In this document: piece by piece, positions 8,887 to 16,899 of the stretch
Layout of the letters: the number at the start of each line of letters is the position of its first letter
Numbering within the stretch: the first letter of the stretch is position 1
DNA from: an uncultured virus (IMG/VR IMGVR_UViG_3300015371_000023)
Lineage: Duplodnaviria; Heunggongvirae; Uroviricota; Caudoviricetes
Virus record (IMG/VR): IMGVR_UViG_3300015371_000023
Strand: one strand, 5' to 3'
DNA length: 20,000 nucleotides
Notes under the pieces: generated by a model
The model's input: the letters and a program-made list of their open reading frames with translations, nothing else
Database searches by the model: none
What the model was told of the DNA's origin: nothing
Translations under genes and position numbers: made by a program

Positions 8887-9216
8887 CTATCCCCTTCCCT
8901 TCCGGGCGGTCAACGCCCGCTCCATTTCTTTCAGGACGTTCTCGCCCTGCTCGGTGAGGAACATCCGGTGCATCTCGCCCAAAGGAGCGATATCCACCGC
9001 CATCTTCCACAGCTCGGGAACCTCAAGCAGCCAGGTAACAGTCCAGCTGTCTCCGTGCGGCATCCACGTCTTGACCGGCTGGCCGTTGCGCACGCTGTTC
9101 ACCAGGAACGCCTTCAGCTCGCCGGCGGCGATCGCTTGCAGTCGACGCAAGCGCGGCTCACTCGGGCGAAGGCGCTTCGGCGAAACGCAGAAGGGAACCA
9201 ACCGCAATTTGCACAT
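8887..9216 (-). CDS. Hypothetical protein, possible winged-helix C-terminus
   Basis: RBS GAGAGG; C-terminal MFLTEQGENVL. Confidence 0.6.
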   Translation of the reverse strand: MCKLRLVPFCVSPKRLRPSEPRLRRLQAIAAGELKAFLVNSVRNGQPVKTWMPHGDSWTVTWLLEVPELWKMAVDIAPLGEMHRMFLTEQGENVLKEMERALTARKGRG

Positions 9217-9309
9217 GCGAAAGCCTCTCGTTCTTGCGCCCCCGAATAGTGAATTGAGACAATATGCGTCAAGACACGCCGTTATGAGATGGCGCGGACG
9301 CGGAGTGGT

Positions 9310-9358
9310 GCGCAGGGGGTGTGCACGGTGGTAACGTTTCGCGCGGTACCCCCTGCGC
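9310..9358 (-). terminator. Inverted repeat downstream of the 9370-9831 gene
   Basis: GCGCAGGGGGT...ACCCCCTGCGC (11 bp). Confidence 0.45.
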
Positions 9359-9369
9359 GAAAACAGCAG

Positions 9370-9831
9370 CTAGCGCGACCTCGGCTTGCGCGTCGTGGAA
9401 GCGGCTCGGCTAGAGCCTCCGGCCTTCGGTGCAGCCGCCTTACCTGAGGCGCGGCGCTTCCGGGTGGCGAGCTTCCGCCGGTCCTCGGCCTCGCGCTCAA
9501 AGATCTCGTCGATATCCGCTTCCTTCGCATCGCGGGACGTGATCCGACCGCGCCTCGCGAGGTACGACTTATCCGTGTAGGCGCTGCGTCGCCGGATAAG
9601 AGTCTTCTCGCCCGTCTTAGGATCCCGGTACCACAGTTCGGCGACCTCGTAGCCACAGCCGCGGGTGCACCGGGCTACGTACTGACAGTTGGCCTCGGCG
9701 TCGTTGTACAGCCGTTCCCAGACCTCGTCACTCCAGAGATGTCCCCTGCGGCACCTGCGGAAGATCTTGTTCCGCAGGTACTCGGCCTTGTCGGTCACCT
9801 CGACGGGACGAGCGGTGCCCTTCGTGGTCAT
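9370..9831 (-). CDS. Cys/His-containing phage protein with a basic tail
   Basis: CRRGHLW...RCTRGC; RBS GGAGG; ATGA coupling to the upstream gene. Confidence 0.75.
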   Translation of the reverse strand: MTTKGTARPVEVTDKAEYLRNKIFRRCRRGHLWSDEVWERLYNDAEANCQYVARCTRGCGYEVAELWYRDPKTGEKTLIRRRSAYTDKSYLARRGRITSRDAKEADIDEIFEREAEDRRKLATRKRRASGKAAAPKAGGSSRAASTTRKPRSR

Positions 9832-10391
9832 CGTCGCCTCCGTGCTGGCTTCGGCGGCGCGGGGATCAGCGCCTGCTCGTCCTGCTCGTCCTCATCCGCC
9901 GGTTCCGGCGGGGCCCCCTGCGTCGGCAGCCAGACCTCGTTAGTCCAGGCGAACCCCACCTCCTTGGGGAGTGCCCCCACGCAGGCCTGTGACAGCTTCG
10001 GGAACCGCGGCTTCCCCTTGCCATCCTTCTGCGCGTGCCCCCAATCCCAGATCGGCCGGCGCGCGTCGGAGAACAGCTGTTTCTCCCGGCGGTTCGGGTC
10101 CGTCGGCGTCACCCACCAGGCAACCCCGGGTCGCGGATCGGGGAGGCGGTTACCGCCAGGGCCATAGACTCCGATCGCCGGGAACGGGTCGTCCGGCACA
10201 TCCAACGGGTTGAACACCCCGAGGATCTCCGCCCGCGCCGTGTACATGCTCATGAAGGTGGCCAGGGCGATCTGGCAACTCTCGCAGAGGTCGAATCGGT
10301 GGACCTTGCTGTAGATGCCTACCTGTTCCTCGTACACGGCGCCAGGTTCGCCGCACCTGTCGCATTTAGCACTTACCGTAATGACTTTCAT
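9828..10391 (-). CDS. Lsr2-like protein (Cys-containing dimerisation domain plus degenerate DNA-binding domain)
   Basis: MKVITVSAKCDRC...HRFDLCESCQIAL resembles the Lsr2 N-domain; PIWDWG...VGALPKEVGFAW resembles IREWA...RGRIPxxVxxAY. Confidence 0.65.
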   Translation of the reverse strand: MKVITVSAKCDRCGEPGAVYEEQVGIYSKVHRFDLCESCQIALATFMSMYTARAEILGVFNPLDVPDDPFPAIGVYGPGGNRLPDPRPGVAWWVTPTDPNRREKQLFSDARRPIWDWGHAQKDGKGKPRFPKLSQACVGALPKEVGFAWTNEVWLPTQGAPPEPADEDEQDEQALIPAPPKPARRRR

Positions 10392-10430
10392 GTTCTGCTG
10401 ATCTTTTCTCGCATGTTGGGTTGAGGGTGT

Positions 10431-10619
10431 ATGTGCGATTGCATCTCGCTAACTCGTGCCGCGACCCTCCTCAACGTCCGCGCCAAGCTACTCGCCGAGC
10501 TGGCACACGCCGGACACGTCGAACATCACCGCCACGGTGACCGGTATGCGATCACGCGGAACGGCCTGGCCGACCTGCGCTGGCAATTGCTGACATCCAG
10601 CGAGGGCGACGCCGCGTAG
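10431..10619 (+). CDS. Small HTH (excisionase or antirepressor C-terminal-like) protein
   Basis: RBS GAGGG; ISLTRAATLLNV...YAITRNGLADL. Confidence 0.55.
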   Translation: MCDCISLTRAATLLNVRAKLLAELAHAGHVEHHRHGDRYAITRNGLADLRWQLLTSSEGDAA

Positions 10620-10628
10620 CTGGATGGT

Positions 10629-10704
10629 TGGTACCGCCTGCGGGACTCGAACCCGCGACCTGACCCCTATAAAAGGCGCGCTCTGCCGACTGAGCTAAGG
10701 CGGC
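10629..10704 (-). tRNA. tRNA, anticodon UAU (Ile/AUA), CCA encoded
   Basis: GCCGCCT TA GCTC AGTCGGCA GAGC G CGCCT TTTATAG GGGTC AGGTC GCGGG TTCGAGT CCCGC AGGCGGT A CCA; 76 nt with canonical D and T arms and a weak anticodon stem. Confidence 0.85.
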
Positions 10705-10706
10705 TT

Positions 10707-10904
10707 ATGCGAATCGCTATCTACGTTCTCGGCGCCGAGCTCGTGGCCGTCGACTTCAGCGCCGAGGAGTCCGAGCCCATCACACCTGGGCCGGGCGCGG
10801 CCGGACCTCAGTTCGAACTGGGGTTCCGGCCGCCGCAGCCGGGCCCGGAATGCGCTTCCTCGCCGTTCAGGGCTCCACCAGCTTCACCGAACCGGACGCC
10901 GTGA
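10707..10904 (+). CDS. Possible small hypothetical protein
   Basis: MRIAIYVLGAELVAVDF...; GC3-rich 5' half, but it overlaps the neighbouring minus-strand gene. Confidence 0.35.
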   Translation: MRIAIYVLGAELVAVDFSAEESEPITPGPGAAGPQFELGFRPPQPGPECASSPFRAPPASPNRTP

Positions 10905-11211
10905 CCTCATCGACAATTGTCGACATAGGCCCGATCGTCACGCGGTACTGGCGCTGACGCGCCACCCCGGCAACCCGGAACCCCGCTCGACAAGGGCCGG
11001 TCCCGAGCACGATCCCCAGGTAAGGCTCACCGTCGAGGTGTCCACCCTGCACAGTGGATACCTCGGGCATCGGTCTCGCTTGCAGCGTCTCGCACGAGGC
11101 GACGACGGTCCCGGATACCTCGGCGAGGTCCGGCTCAGCGGCAGCGTGCACAACGACCACGCTGGCGGCGAGCAGGCCGGCCGCGAACATGACTGCCATT
11201 GCCGTACTCAT
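10867..11211 (-). CDS. Small secreted or membrane-anchored protein
   Basis: Signal-like MSTAMAVMFAAGLLAASVVVVHAAA; RBS AAAGGGG; two Cys. Confidence 0.7.
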   Translation of the reverse strand: MSTAMAVMFAAGLLAASVVVVHAAAEPDLAEVSGTVVASCETLQARPMPEVSTVQGGHLDGEPYLGIVLGTGPCRAGFRVAGVARQRQYRVTIGPMSTIVDEVTASGSVKLVEP

Positions 11212-11226
11212 GGGTTCCCCTTTCTC

Positions 11227-11730
11227 TCAGCCAGCCCGGCGATGCACACCGGGCTGGGCGTAGATGACTGCTTCCAGCTCGGCGAGCCGGGACGCCAGGC
11301 CGGCCAGCTCGGCCAGCTCGGCGACCCGGGATTCCAGAATCCTGATTTTGGCCTGCGCTACCCGGAGTTCGCGGTCCCGCGCCGCTTCCCTCGTCTCGGG
11401 AGTTGTCGCGGGTGGTTGCCACTTCTTCGGCTGAACCTTGCGGGTCTCCGGCTCCGGAAGGTCCTGCGGGTCGTCCGTGAACGAGTACGTGCCATCGAAA
11501 AGGCCGGGCAGCCAACGTGCGTCGAACCCGAGGGCTACGGATACGCTGGCCAACATCTTCGCGTCTGGCACGGCACCGGTCCGGTAGATTAGCTTGCTTC
11601 GCAGGGCCGAAGTTTCAAGCCCGACCGTCTGAGCCAGTCTTTCCTGAGTCATGCCTCGCAGCTTCAAGCACTCTCGCACGTACTCGGCTACTGCCTTCGC
11701 GCGGCGATCCCGCTGACACCTGCTCGTCAT
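11227..11730 (-). CDS. XRE-family HTH regulator with coiled-coil C-terminus
   Basis: VRECLKLRGMTQERLAQTVGL...PDAKMLASVSVALGFDARWL. Confidence 0.8.
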   Translation of the reverse strand: MTSRCQRDRRAKAVAEYVRECLKLRGMTQERLAQTVGLETSALRSKLIYRTGAVPDAKMLASVSVALGFDARWLPGLFDGTYSFTDDPQDLPEPETRKVQPKKWQPPATTPETREAARDRELRVAQAKIRILESRVAELAELAGLASRLAELEAVIYAQPGVHRRAG

Positions 11731-11970
11731 GCGTAAATTTCCGTTCTGACTCCGTAGAGGGCAATGCCCGGAGTCCGCTGTCCGTCAGTGTTCGAGCTAA
11801 CGCGTCGGGTTGCGACGTTCGGGAACGTTAGACCCGACACATGACAAATTCTACTATTTGCACTGCTCCATTCGGGCGTAATCGATCATGACGGAGCGTA
11901 GTATCCGCTGGCTATGCCGCCCGATCGAGGGAGTAACAGGAATAATCCACAACCGCTATCAGGGGGTGGG

Positions 11971-12267
11971 TCAAGTCGCGTCAGCGTCGTTCAATATGGT
12001 GCTGACCTGCTGTTGCTTCATGCCCGAGCGCTTCACGAGGTCCGTCACCCGATAGCTGGGACCCAAACGGCGTAGAACAGCTGCACGCTCGGCGAATGCC
12101 GCCCGTTCTTCTTCCAGGCTGTCTTTGTGTGCCTTATCGGCTCGCGCCTTTGCCTCTCGCGTCCGCTCGGAGGCCTCCTTTGCCCTGGCCACCCTCATAA
12201 CCGCACGGTCAAGGTCCTCCAGGGAGGCCGGCTCCGTCAGCACCTCCGGCTTCTCGGCGTCCGCCAT
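11971..12267 (-). CDS. Coiled-coil protein with C-terminal HTH
   Basis: RBS GAGGG; YRVTDLVKRSGMKQQQVSTIL. Confidence 0.7.
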   Translation of the reverse strand: MADAEKPEVLTEPASLEDLDRAVMRVARAKEASERTREAKARADKAHKDSLEEERAAFAERAAVLRRLGPSYRVTDLVKRSGMKQQQVSTILNDADAT

Positions 12268-12309
12268 AGCACCCTCACCCTCCGTCGAAACTGTCGAATA
12301 GGCGTGGTC

Positions 12310-13017
12310 CTACTCGACCGTGTCACCGTCCGTCTCGGTGCCCATCGTCCCGCGCCGGCCACCCGGGGTCCAGAGCCCGGCCGGCCACACCACCGCCGCC
12401 AGCGGCAGGTCCGCGCAGTAGTCGTACGCGTCGTCCTCGCACGGCGACGGCGTCCCCGTGTCCACCGCCACCGGGGGCGACGCGATGACCTCGGCGTCGC
12501 CCGGCCGGGACGGGTTCGCGCACACCCTGTACTCGTCCTGCCGCCACAACACCAGGTCGCCCTCGCCGGTGACGTCGGCGGTGCCGAGGTAGGTGTGGAC
12601 GTCGACCACGGCCCAGTGCTGGCTATCCGCCAACGGGGCGACGAACCGCCGGGAGTAGGAATCGCCGGCCTGGACATCCCCACCCACGTCACCCCCCGGC
12701 ATCACCTCCGGGTGGGGCTCGGTGAACACGGGTCTGTCTGCCGGGACCAGCACCTTCTGCGTGATGACCAGGTCAGCGGCAAGGCGGTTGTACGGCCCGT
12801 CCGCGGCCAGCTCGTCGGACTCCAGCACCCGGGCGGCCCACTCGTGCAGCGGCGCGAACTCCCCGCGCTCCAGCGCCACGCTGGCGGCCGCGCGGGTCAC
12901 CTCGACGTCGGTCGCGATGCCCTCGTCGGCGAGCGTGTCGGAAGCCCACAGTGTGAGCTCGGCCACGCCCAGCATGTAGCGCGCCCAGTCGGCCGCGTTC
13001 CAGTCGGCGGTGCTCAT
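12310..13017 (-). CDS. Acidic hypothetical protein
   Basis: RBS GAGAGGA; GC3-rich; roughly 40 D/E against about 14 K/R by manual count. Confidence 0.75.
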   Translation of the reverse strand: MSTADWNAADWARYMLGVAELTLWASDTLADEGIATDVEVTRAAASVALERGEFAPLHEWAARVLESDELAADGPYNRLAADLVITQKVLVPADRPVFTEPHPEVMPGGDVGGDVQAGDSYSRRFVAPLADSQHWAVVDVHTYLGTADVTGEGDLVLWRQDEYRVCANPSRPGDAEVIASPPVAVDTGTPSPCEDDAYDYCADLPLAAVVWPAGLWTPGGRRGTMGTETDGDTVE

Positions 13018-13046
13018 GGTCGGTTCCTCTCGGTTGGTGGGTTCGG

Positions 13047-13104
13047 CCGTGTGGCCGCGCCCGGGGCCACCGCGTGCACGGTGGCCGCGAGCGTGATCAC
13101 GCGG
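13047..13104 (-). ncRNA. Intergenic structured repeat, copy A (divergent)
   Basis: 26-nt imperfect inverted repeat starting (+) GGCCGTGTGG like the other copies. Confidence 0.55.
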
Positions 13105-13387
13105 ACTTCTTGAACGCTTCGGCGTACTCGCTGCGGAACTGATCGCAGAAGCAGACGAGGCACAGCTCCTCCGGCTTCACCCCGGCGAGCAGCAGCCGCC
13201 GGCGGGTTCCGGGGTCTTCGTCCAGCCGTGATCCCACTGGCAGCGTGCTGACCGGGTAGAGCGCTTGAAACTTGCGGAGGCACAGCAGCGCCCGGCCCTG
13301 CGTGTACGCGAAATGCACCTTCCGCGTGGTGTTCCGCGCGAGGAACATCCGTCCCGCCACCGGGGCCGGGAATTCCTGGCCGCTCAT
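13097..13387 (-). CDS. Hypothetical protein with H/C...CxxC motif
   Basis: MSGQEF...KVH...LLC...LCLVCF; ATGA coupling. Confidence 0.65.
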   Translation of the reverse strand: MSGQEFPAPVAGRMFLARNTTRKVHFAYTQGRALLCLRKFQALYPVSTLPVGSRLDEDPGTRRRLLLAGVKPEELCLVCFCDQFRSEYAEAFKKSA

Positions 13388-13758
13388 TGCGACACCACGC
13401 CGTCGGCCTTCCGGGTGGCACGGGCTTTTCTCGCAAAGTTGTCGTCGACGTCTTCGCGGATGCACTTTGCCAAAGCCGCGATGTGCACGTCGGCTCCGCG
13501 CTCTGCTTCTCCGTGAGACAGGCCGTGTACGTCGGTGCCGATCGCGATGGCTGCTGCCTTCATGCCGTCGAGCTGCAGGAGTGCGCGGTATCGGCCCTCT
13601 ACGTGCGGGACGTACATCTGATCGGTTGTTGTCGTCTGACTTGTCAGCGTCTGGTGCAGGTTGCCAGCGAGCCGGATCACGGCGGCGTACGACGCCCCGT
13701 GCTTTTCGGTCAGCTCGGCGGCGTACGCATTGGTCTTGTGGAAGTCCTTCGATTCCAT
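13384..13758 (-). CDS. Hypothetical protein
   Basis: RBS GAGG, helical-looking ORF. Confidence 0.7.
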   Translation of the reverse strand: MESKDFHKTNAYAAELTEKHGASYAAVIRLAGNLHQTLTSQTTTTDQMYVPHVEGRYRALLQLDGMKAAAIAIGTDVHGLSHGEAERGADVHIAALAKCIREDVDDNFARKARATRKADGVVSQ

Positions 13759-13779
13759 GCCTCATCCCTTCTCGGTTGG

Positions 13780-13855
13780 CCGTGTAGCCACGCCCGCGCC
13801 TGTTCGGTGTTCTGTCATGCCAGAACACCGAGCAGGCGCGAATGGGGTTACACGG
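13780..13855 (-). ncRNA. Intergenic structured repeat, copy B
   Basis: (+) CCGTGT AGCCA...20-bp stem...ACACGG. Confidence 0.65.
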
Positions 13856-13856
13856 A

Positions 13857-14117
13857 CTAGCTGACGACCCGGGCCCTACTTCGAGTCGCCGTCCACAGGT
13901 AGAAGTCGCGGTGCCCCGTCTTCCCGGCGTGCTCGTGCTGCCAGGCGTAGACCCCTTCCGCGACGCCGTCCACTTCCCGTTCCCAGGCGGACGACTCCGG
14001 GCAACCGCGACAGGTGCTCCGCGCAACGGACACGTGCGCCTCGTCGTCGGCGACCCCCGGCAGGATGCCCGGCACCGTGCCCCTCAGCCGCTTACGCGGG
14101 GTGCTGTTCCCTGTCAT
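13857..14117 (-). CDS. Small CxxC...HxxxxxH putative Zn-binding protein
   Basis: RBS GAAGGGAG; CRGC...WQHEHAGKTGHRDF. Confidence 0.7.
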   Translation of the reverse strand: MTGNSTPRKRLRGTVPGILPGVADDEAHVSVARSTCRGCPESSAWEREVDGVAEGVYAWQHEHAGKTGHRDFYLWTATRSRARVVS

Positions 14118-14135
14118 GCTTCTCCCTTCCGTTGA

Positions 14136-14197
14136 CCGTGCGGTCACGGCGCCGGCACGGGCCACTGTGGCCCGTGCCCCGCCGATGTCACGCGCGG
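14136..14197 (-). ncRNA. Intergenic structured repeat, copy C
   Basis: (+) CCGTGC GGTCA CGGCG...hairpin...CGCCG ATGTCAC GCGCGG. Confidence 0.7.
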
Positions 14198-14211
14198 GTT
14201 GGCGTGCGGGC

Positions 14212-14862
14212 TCAGAACACGGACGGGAGCCAGCCGTCCGTCCCGTTCTGATTGCGGATCGGCATGAGCCACGCGCGGTAGTCCGGACCGATGCGGATGT
14301 GCGCCGGGCGGTTGCCGGTCTCGCCCGCGAACATCTGCACGTACTCCTTGCGTCGCTTGCCGACCTTCGCGAAGTCCGCCAGGAACGCCGCGTTGAACAT
14401 GACGTGCGTTGCGGAGTCGGGCAGGGAGTCGACGGCGATGCGCGGGAGCATGTCCCCGAGGTCGTTGGAGGACTTCGGGCGCAGCTTGACGGCCAGCGTC
14501 ACCCCGAGGCCGGCGAATTCCGCGGTCATCTCCCCGGTGTTCACGGTGACCGTGACCGTCAGGGCCTGCCGGAACGTCTTCTCCAGGTTCGCGACGTCCT
14601 CCGCACCGATGGTCACGGCGTGGGGCAGCTCTCCGCCGTCCACGGCCGCGTGTGCGGCGCGGTACCGGTCGGAGGACCAGCCGTGAAGCCGCCCACCCTC
14701 GGTGTGCAGGCGAACGACCGTGAACTGTTCCAGGGCGCCTCGGCCCGTGTCGGCGGTAAGCGCCAAGTCGGCGAGCATCCCGACAAGCGCGCCCTTGCCG
14801 TTCGCCGTGAACGCGGTCACGGTGCCGGTTTCGGTGCTCGTCGTTTCCATCATGGCAGTCAT
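14212..14862 (-). CDS. DNA polymerase III beta-clamp-like protein (about two domains, 216 aa)
   Basis: FTVVRL...RLHGWSSDRYRAA resembles the DnaN ATDxxRLA motif; VMFNAAFLADF and YRAWLMPIR resemble the DnaN C-terminal FNxxYLxD...YLLMPVR. Confidence 0.65.
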   Translation of the reverse strand: MTAMMETTSTETGTVTAFTANGKGALVGMLADLALTADTGRGALEQFTVVRLHTEGGRLHGWSSDRYRAAHAAVDGGELPHAVTIGAEDVANLEKTFRQALTVTVTVNTGEMTAEFAGLGVTLAVKLRPKSSNDLGDMLPRIAVDSLPDSATHVMFNAAFLADFAKVGKRRKEYVQMFAGETGNRPAHIRIGPDYRAWLMPIRNQNGTDGWLPSVF

Positions 14863-14891
14863 GGTGAATCCCTTCGTCACGTTGGGGTTGG

Positions 14892-14948
14892 CCGTGCAGC
14901 CATGGCGCGCGGGCCGCCCGAAGGCGGCCCGCCACCAAGTGCGCACGG
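14892..14948 (-). ncRNA. Intergenic structured repeat, copy D
   Basis: RNA: CCGUGC GCACU UGGUG GCGGGCCGCC UUCG GGCGGCCCGC G CGCCA UGGCU GCACGG. Confidence 0.75.
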
Positions 14949-15968
14949 TCAGGCGTCGGCGAGCACCCGGTCGAGCGTCTTCACGGTTTCCAGGTCCAGC
15001 ACGTCGAACTTGCCGAGCACGGCGCTGGACATGTTCCGTTCGGCGCGCGAGGCACCCCGCACCGTGCCTTCGTGGTGCACGTAGGTGTTGACGGCCTGGA
15101 GCACGCCGTACGCGGTGCCCTTCCACGGCTCGACGCGGTTGTCGCTGTTCCAGAGCCGGGACAGCGCGGCGCGCTTGTTCGCCGCGGTGGTCTGCTTGGT
15201 TTTGCTGTCCGCGTCCGTCGTAGGCACGTGGACGTTGAGGAACTTCGACCATTCGCGCGGGGTGACCTCGATTTCGCACAGGGCCTTGACCTGCGCTGCG
15301 AAGTCCTCCGTGACGGTGTGCATGATGGCGAGTGCATCCCGTGCTTCGGCAAGCTTGAGCTTGCTGTTTCGGGAGTGCTTGATCTTGATCGCCTGGCCGT
15401 TCTCCGAGAGCCCGGCCGCCATCGTGTTGTCACACACGACGTTCGTCACGACGCGCTTGTACGTCGTCGCGATGCTCCCGTCGTGACTCGTGCAGGCCAG
15501 CAGGTTCGGGCGGAACTCGACACCCTCCGGGGTGCGGATCGTGTCGGGAACCTCGACGCTCACCCACGCCTGTGCGCCGTTCTTGAGCAGGCCGGCGGAG
15601 CCGATGCCCAACCCGTCGTCGAGGATGTTCCCGACCTGGGTAACCAGCCAGTCGCGATACTGGTGGATCTCGTATCCGTCCGCGAAGTACCCGAAGATGT
15701 CGCCCGTGTCGACTCTGCCGACGGGGAAGCGCTTGGTGTCCTCGCGGCTGGTGACGCCGTTCTCGGTGATCCACGTGGCCTTGGCGGTGCCCTTCGCGGC
15801 GCTCCAGTAGAACAGCCGGGAGAGCACGTCTTCCACGGGCACGGCGCCCGGGTAGTGGTTGGACTGCTCACCCTGGTCCGCGGCGCGGTAGTGCCACGCG
15901 TTCCCGCGTTTGGCGGTGTACCCGATGAGGGTGTTGTTGTTCAGCCACAGCTTGGTTTCCTTGGACAT
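14949..15968 (-). CDS. DUF932 family phage/plasmid protein
   Basis: AWH...YEIHQY...SAGLLKNGAQAW...LLACTSHDGS...VVCDNT...KIKHSRNS...GTAYGVLQAVNTYVHH. Confidence 0.85.
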   Translation of the reverse strand: MSKETKLWLNNNTLIGYTAKRGNAWHYRAADQGEQSNHYPGAVPVEDVLSRLFYWSAAKGTAKATWITENGVTSREDTKRFPVGRVDTGDIFGYFADGYEIHQYRDWLVTQVGNILDDGLGIGSAGLLKNGAQAWVSVEVPDTIRTPEGVEFRPNLLACTSHDGSIATTYKRVVTNVVCDNTMAAGLSENGQAIKIKHSRNSKLKLAEARDALAIMHTVTEDFAAQVKALCEIEVTPREWSKFLNVHVPTTDADSKTKQTTAANKRAALSRLWNSDNRVEPWKGTAYGVLQAVNTYVHHEGTVRGASRAERNMSSAVLGKFDVLDLETVKTLDRVLADA

Positions 15969-16004
15969 TTCTGCCTCTTTCTCTTGTGTGCCCGCATGGT
16001 TTGG

Positions 16005-16062
16005 CCGTGCGGTGACCGCGCAGGAACGTCCGGAGGGGACGTTCCCCACGGATAGCGCACGG
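16005..16062 (-). ncRNA. Intergenic structured repeat, copy E
   Basis: (+) CCGTGC GGTGA CCGCG...GGAACGTCC/GGACGTTCC...CACGG ATAGC GCACGG. Confidence 0.75.
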
Positions 16063-16079
16063 GCGGCCAGGTGCCCGCT

Positions 16080-16538
16080 CTACAGCTGGTCTCCGCCGTC
16101 CCACTCGCCCTTGGTGATCTTGAGGACGCACGTGCGTTCCGTCTTGGGACGCGCGATGGGTTTCGAGCTGTCCACGCGGAACGCGGCGACCCCTTCGGAC
16201 TTCGGGTCCGGCCACAGGTGGCCGATTCGCTCGCCGTCGCGGAACACGTGGACGGTGCCACTCAGTTCGTTCCGTTTCAGGGAGTACACCGGCCCCAGGT
16301 TGGCCCCGTCCGGGTCCACCGCGTAGGTGTCGACGTCCGACCACAACGGGGTGTCGGCGCCGACGTCTTCGGGGCGCACGTTCACCCATCGGCCGGACGT
16401 CCCGTACCGATACAGGGTGAACACGTGATCCCCGGCTTCGGTGAAAGCGTCCACCCGGTCCGCGCTCTGTTCGTCGTATGCGGGCGAGTTGCCGTCAATC
16501 TCCGCCCACCACTGCATAACCAGTTCAACCACTCGCAT
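16080..16538 (-). CDS. Hypothetical protein
   Basis: RBS GAAGGGG; GC3-rich ORF bounded by repeats E and F. Confidence 0.75.
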   Translation of the reverse strand: MRVVELVMQWWAEIDGNSPAYDEQSADRVDAFTEAGDHVFTLYRYGTSGRWVNVRPEDVGADTPLWSDVDTYAVDPDGANLGPVYSLKRNELSGTVHVFRDGERIGHLWPDPKSEGVAAFRVDSSKPIARPKTERTCVLKITKGEWDGGDQL

Positions 16539-16565
16539 TGGTGTTCCCCTTCCGTTGAGCTAGAC

Positions 16566-16616
16566 CTAGCGGTCACGGCGTGCGCGCACCCCCATGCGCG
16601 CCACCGAAAGCGCTAG
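16566..16616 (-). ncRNA. Intergenic structured repeat, copy F
   Basis: (+) CTAGC GGTCA CGGCG...GCGCGCA/TGCGCGC CACCG AAAGC GCTAG. Confidence 0.75.
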
Positions 16617-16618
16617 CA

Positions 16619-16879
16619 CTACTGCCAAGAACCGTTCGGCATCTTCGTTTTGACGATCACGCCGTCGGACGCGGGCAAGTGCAGCCCGTTCGCCGCCTCG
16701 CGGTTCATCTCCCCGATGCGGCGCACGGCCACGGGGAGGCACCGGGAGCACGCGCTCACGTTGACGCCGGACCTGAACGGCTCGACACCGATTTCGGGGT
16801 TCCCGGGGTGCTGGATCTCCCGGCGCGACTGCACCCAGAACAGGGCACGCCGCGTGCACCTTTCCGTGACTTCACACAC
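16619..16879 (-). CDS. Small Cys-rich hypothetical protein
   Basis: RBS AAAGGAG, GTG start; CEVTERC...ACSRC. Confidence 0.65.
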   Translation of the reverse strand: MCEVTERCTRRALFWVQSRREIQHPGNPEIGVEPFRSGVNVSACSRCLPVAVRRIGEMNREAANGLHLPASDGVIVKTKMPNGSWQ

Positions 16880-16899
16880 GGTTCTCTCCTTTCGTTTGG

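Noticed and set aside
9244..9273. Minus-strand promoter TTGACG-18-TATTCG upstream of the 8887-9216 gene
   Set aside because: The -35 is plausible but the -10 is poor; not supportable without TSS data
10629..10704. Ochre suppressor (UUA) reading of the tRNA, or the tRNA as an att site
   Set aside because: The UUA register removes base 26 and puts U at position 37. No integrase or duplicated 3' end is present in the window, and phage genes continue on both sides.
14892..14948. Motif as a hammerhead ribozyme or plain intrinsic terminator
   Set aside because: There is no CUGANGA/GAAA core and no U-tract, and the conserved internal loop is not explained by a simple terminator. U-less actinobacterial terminators are not fully excluded.
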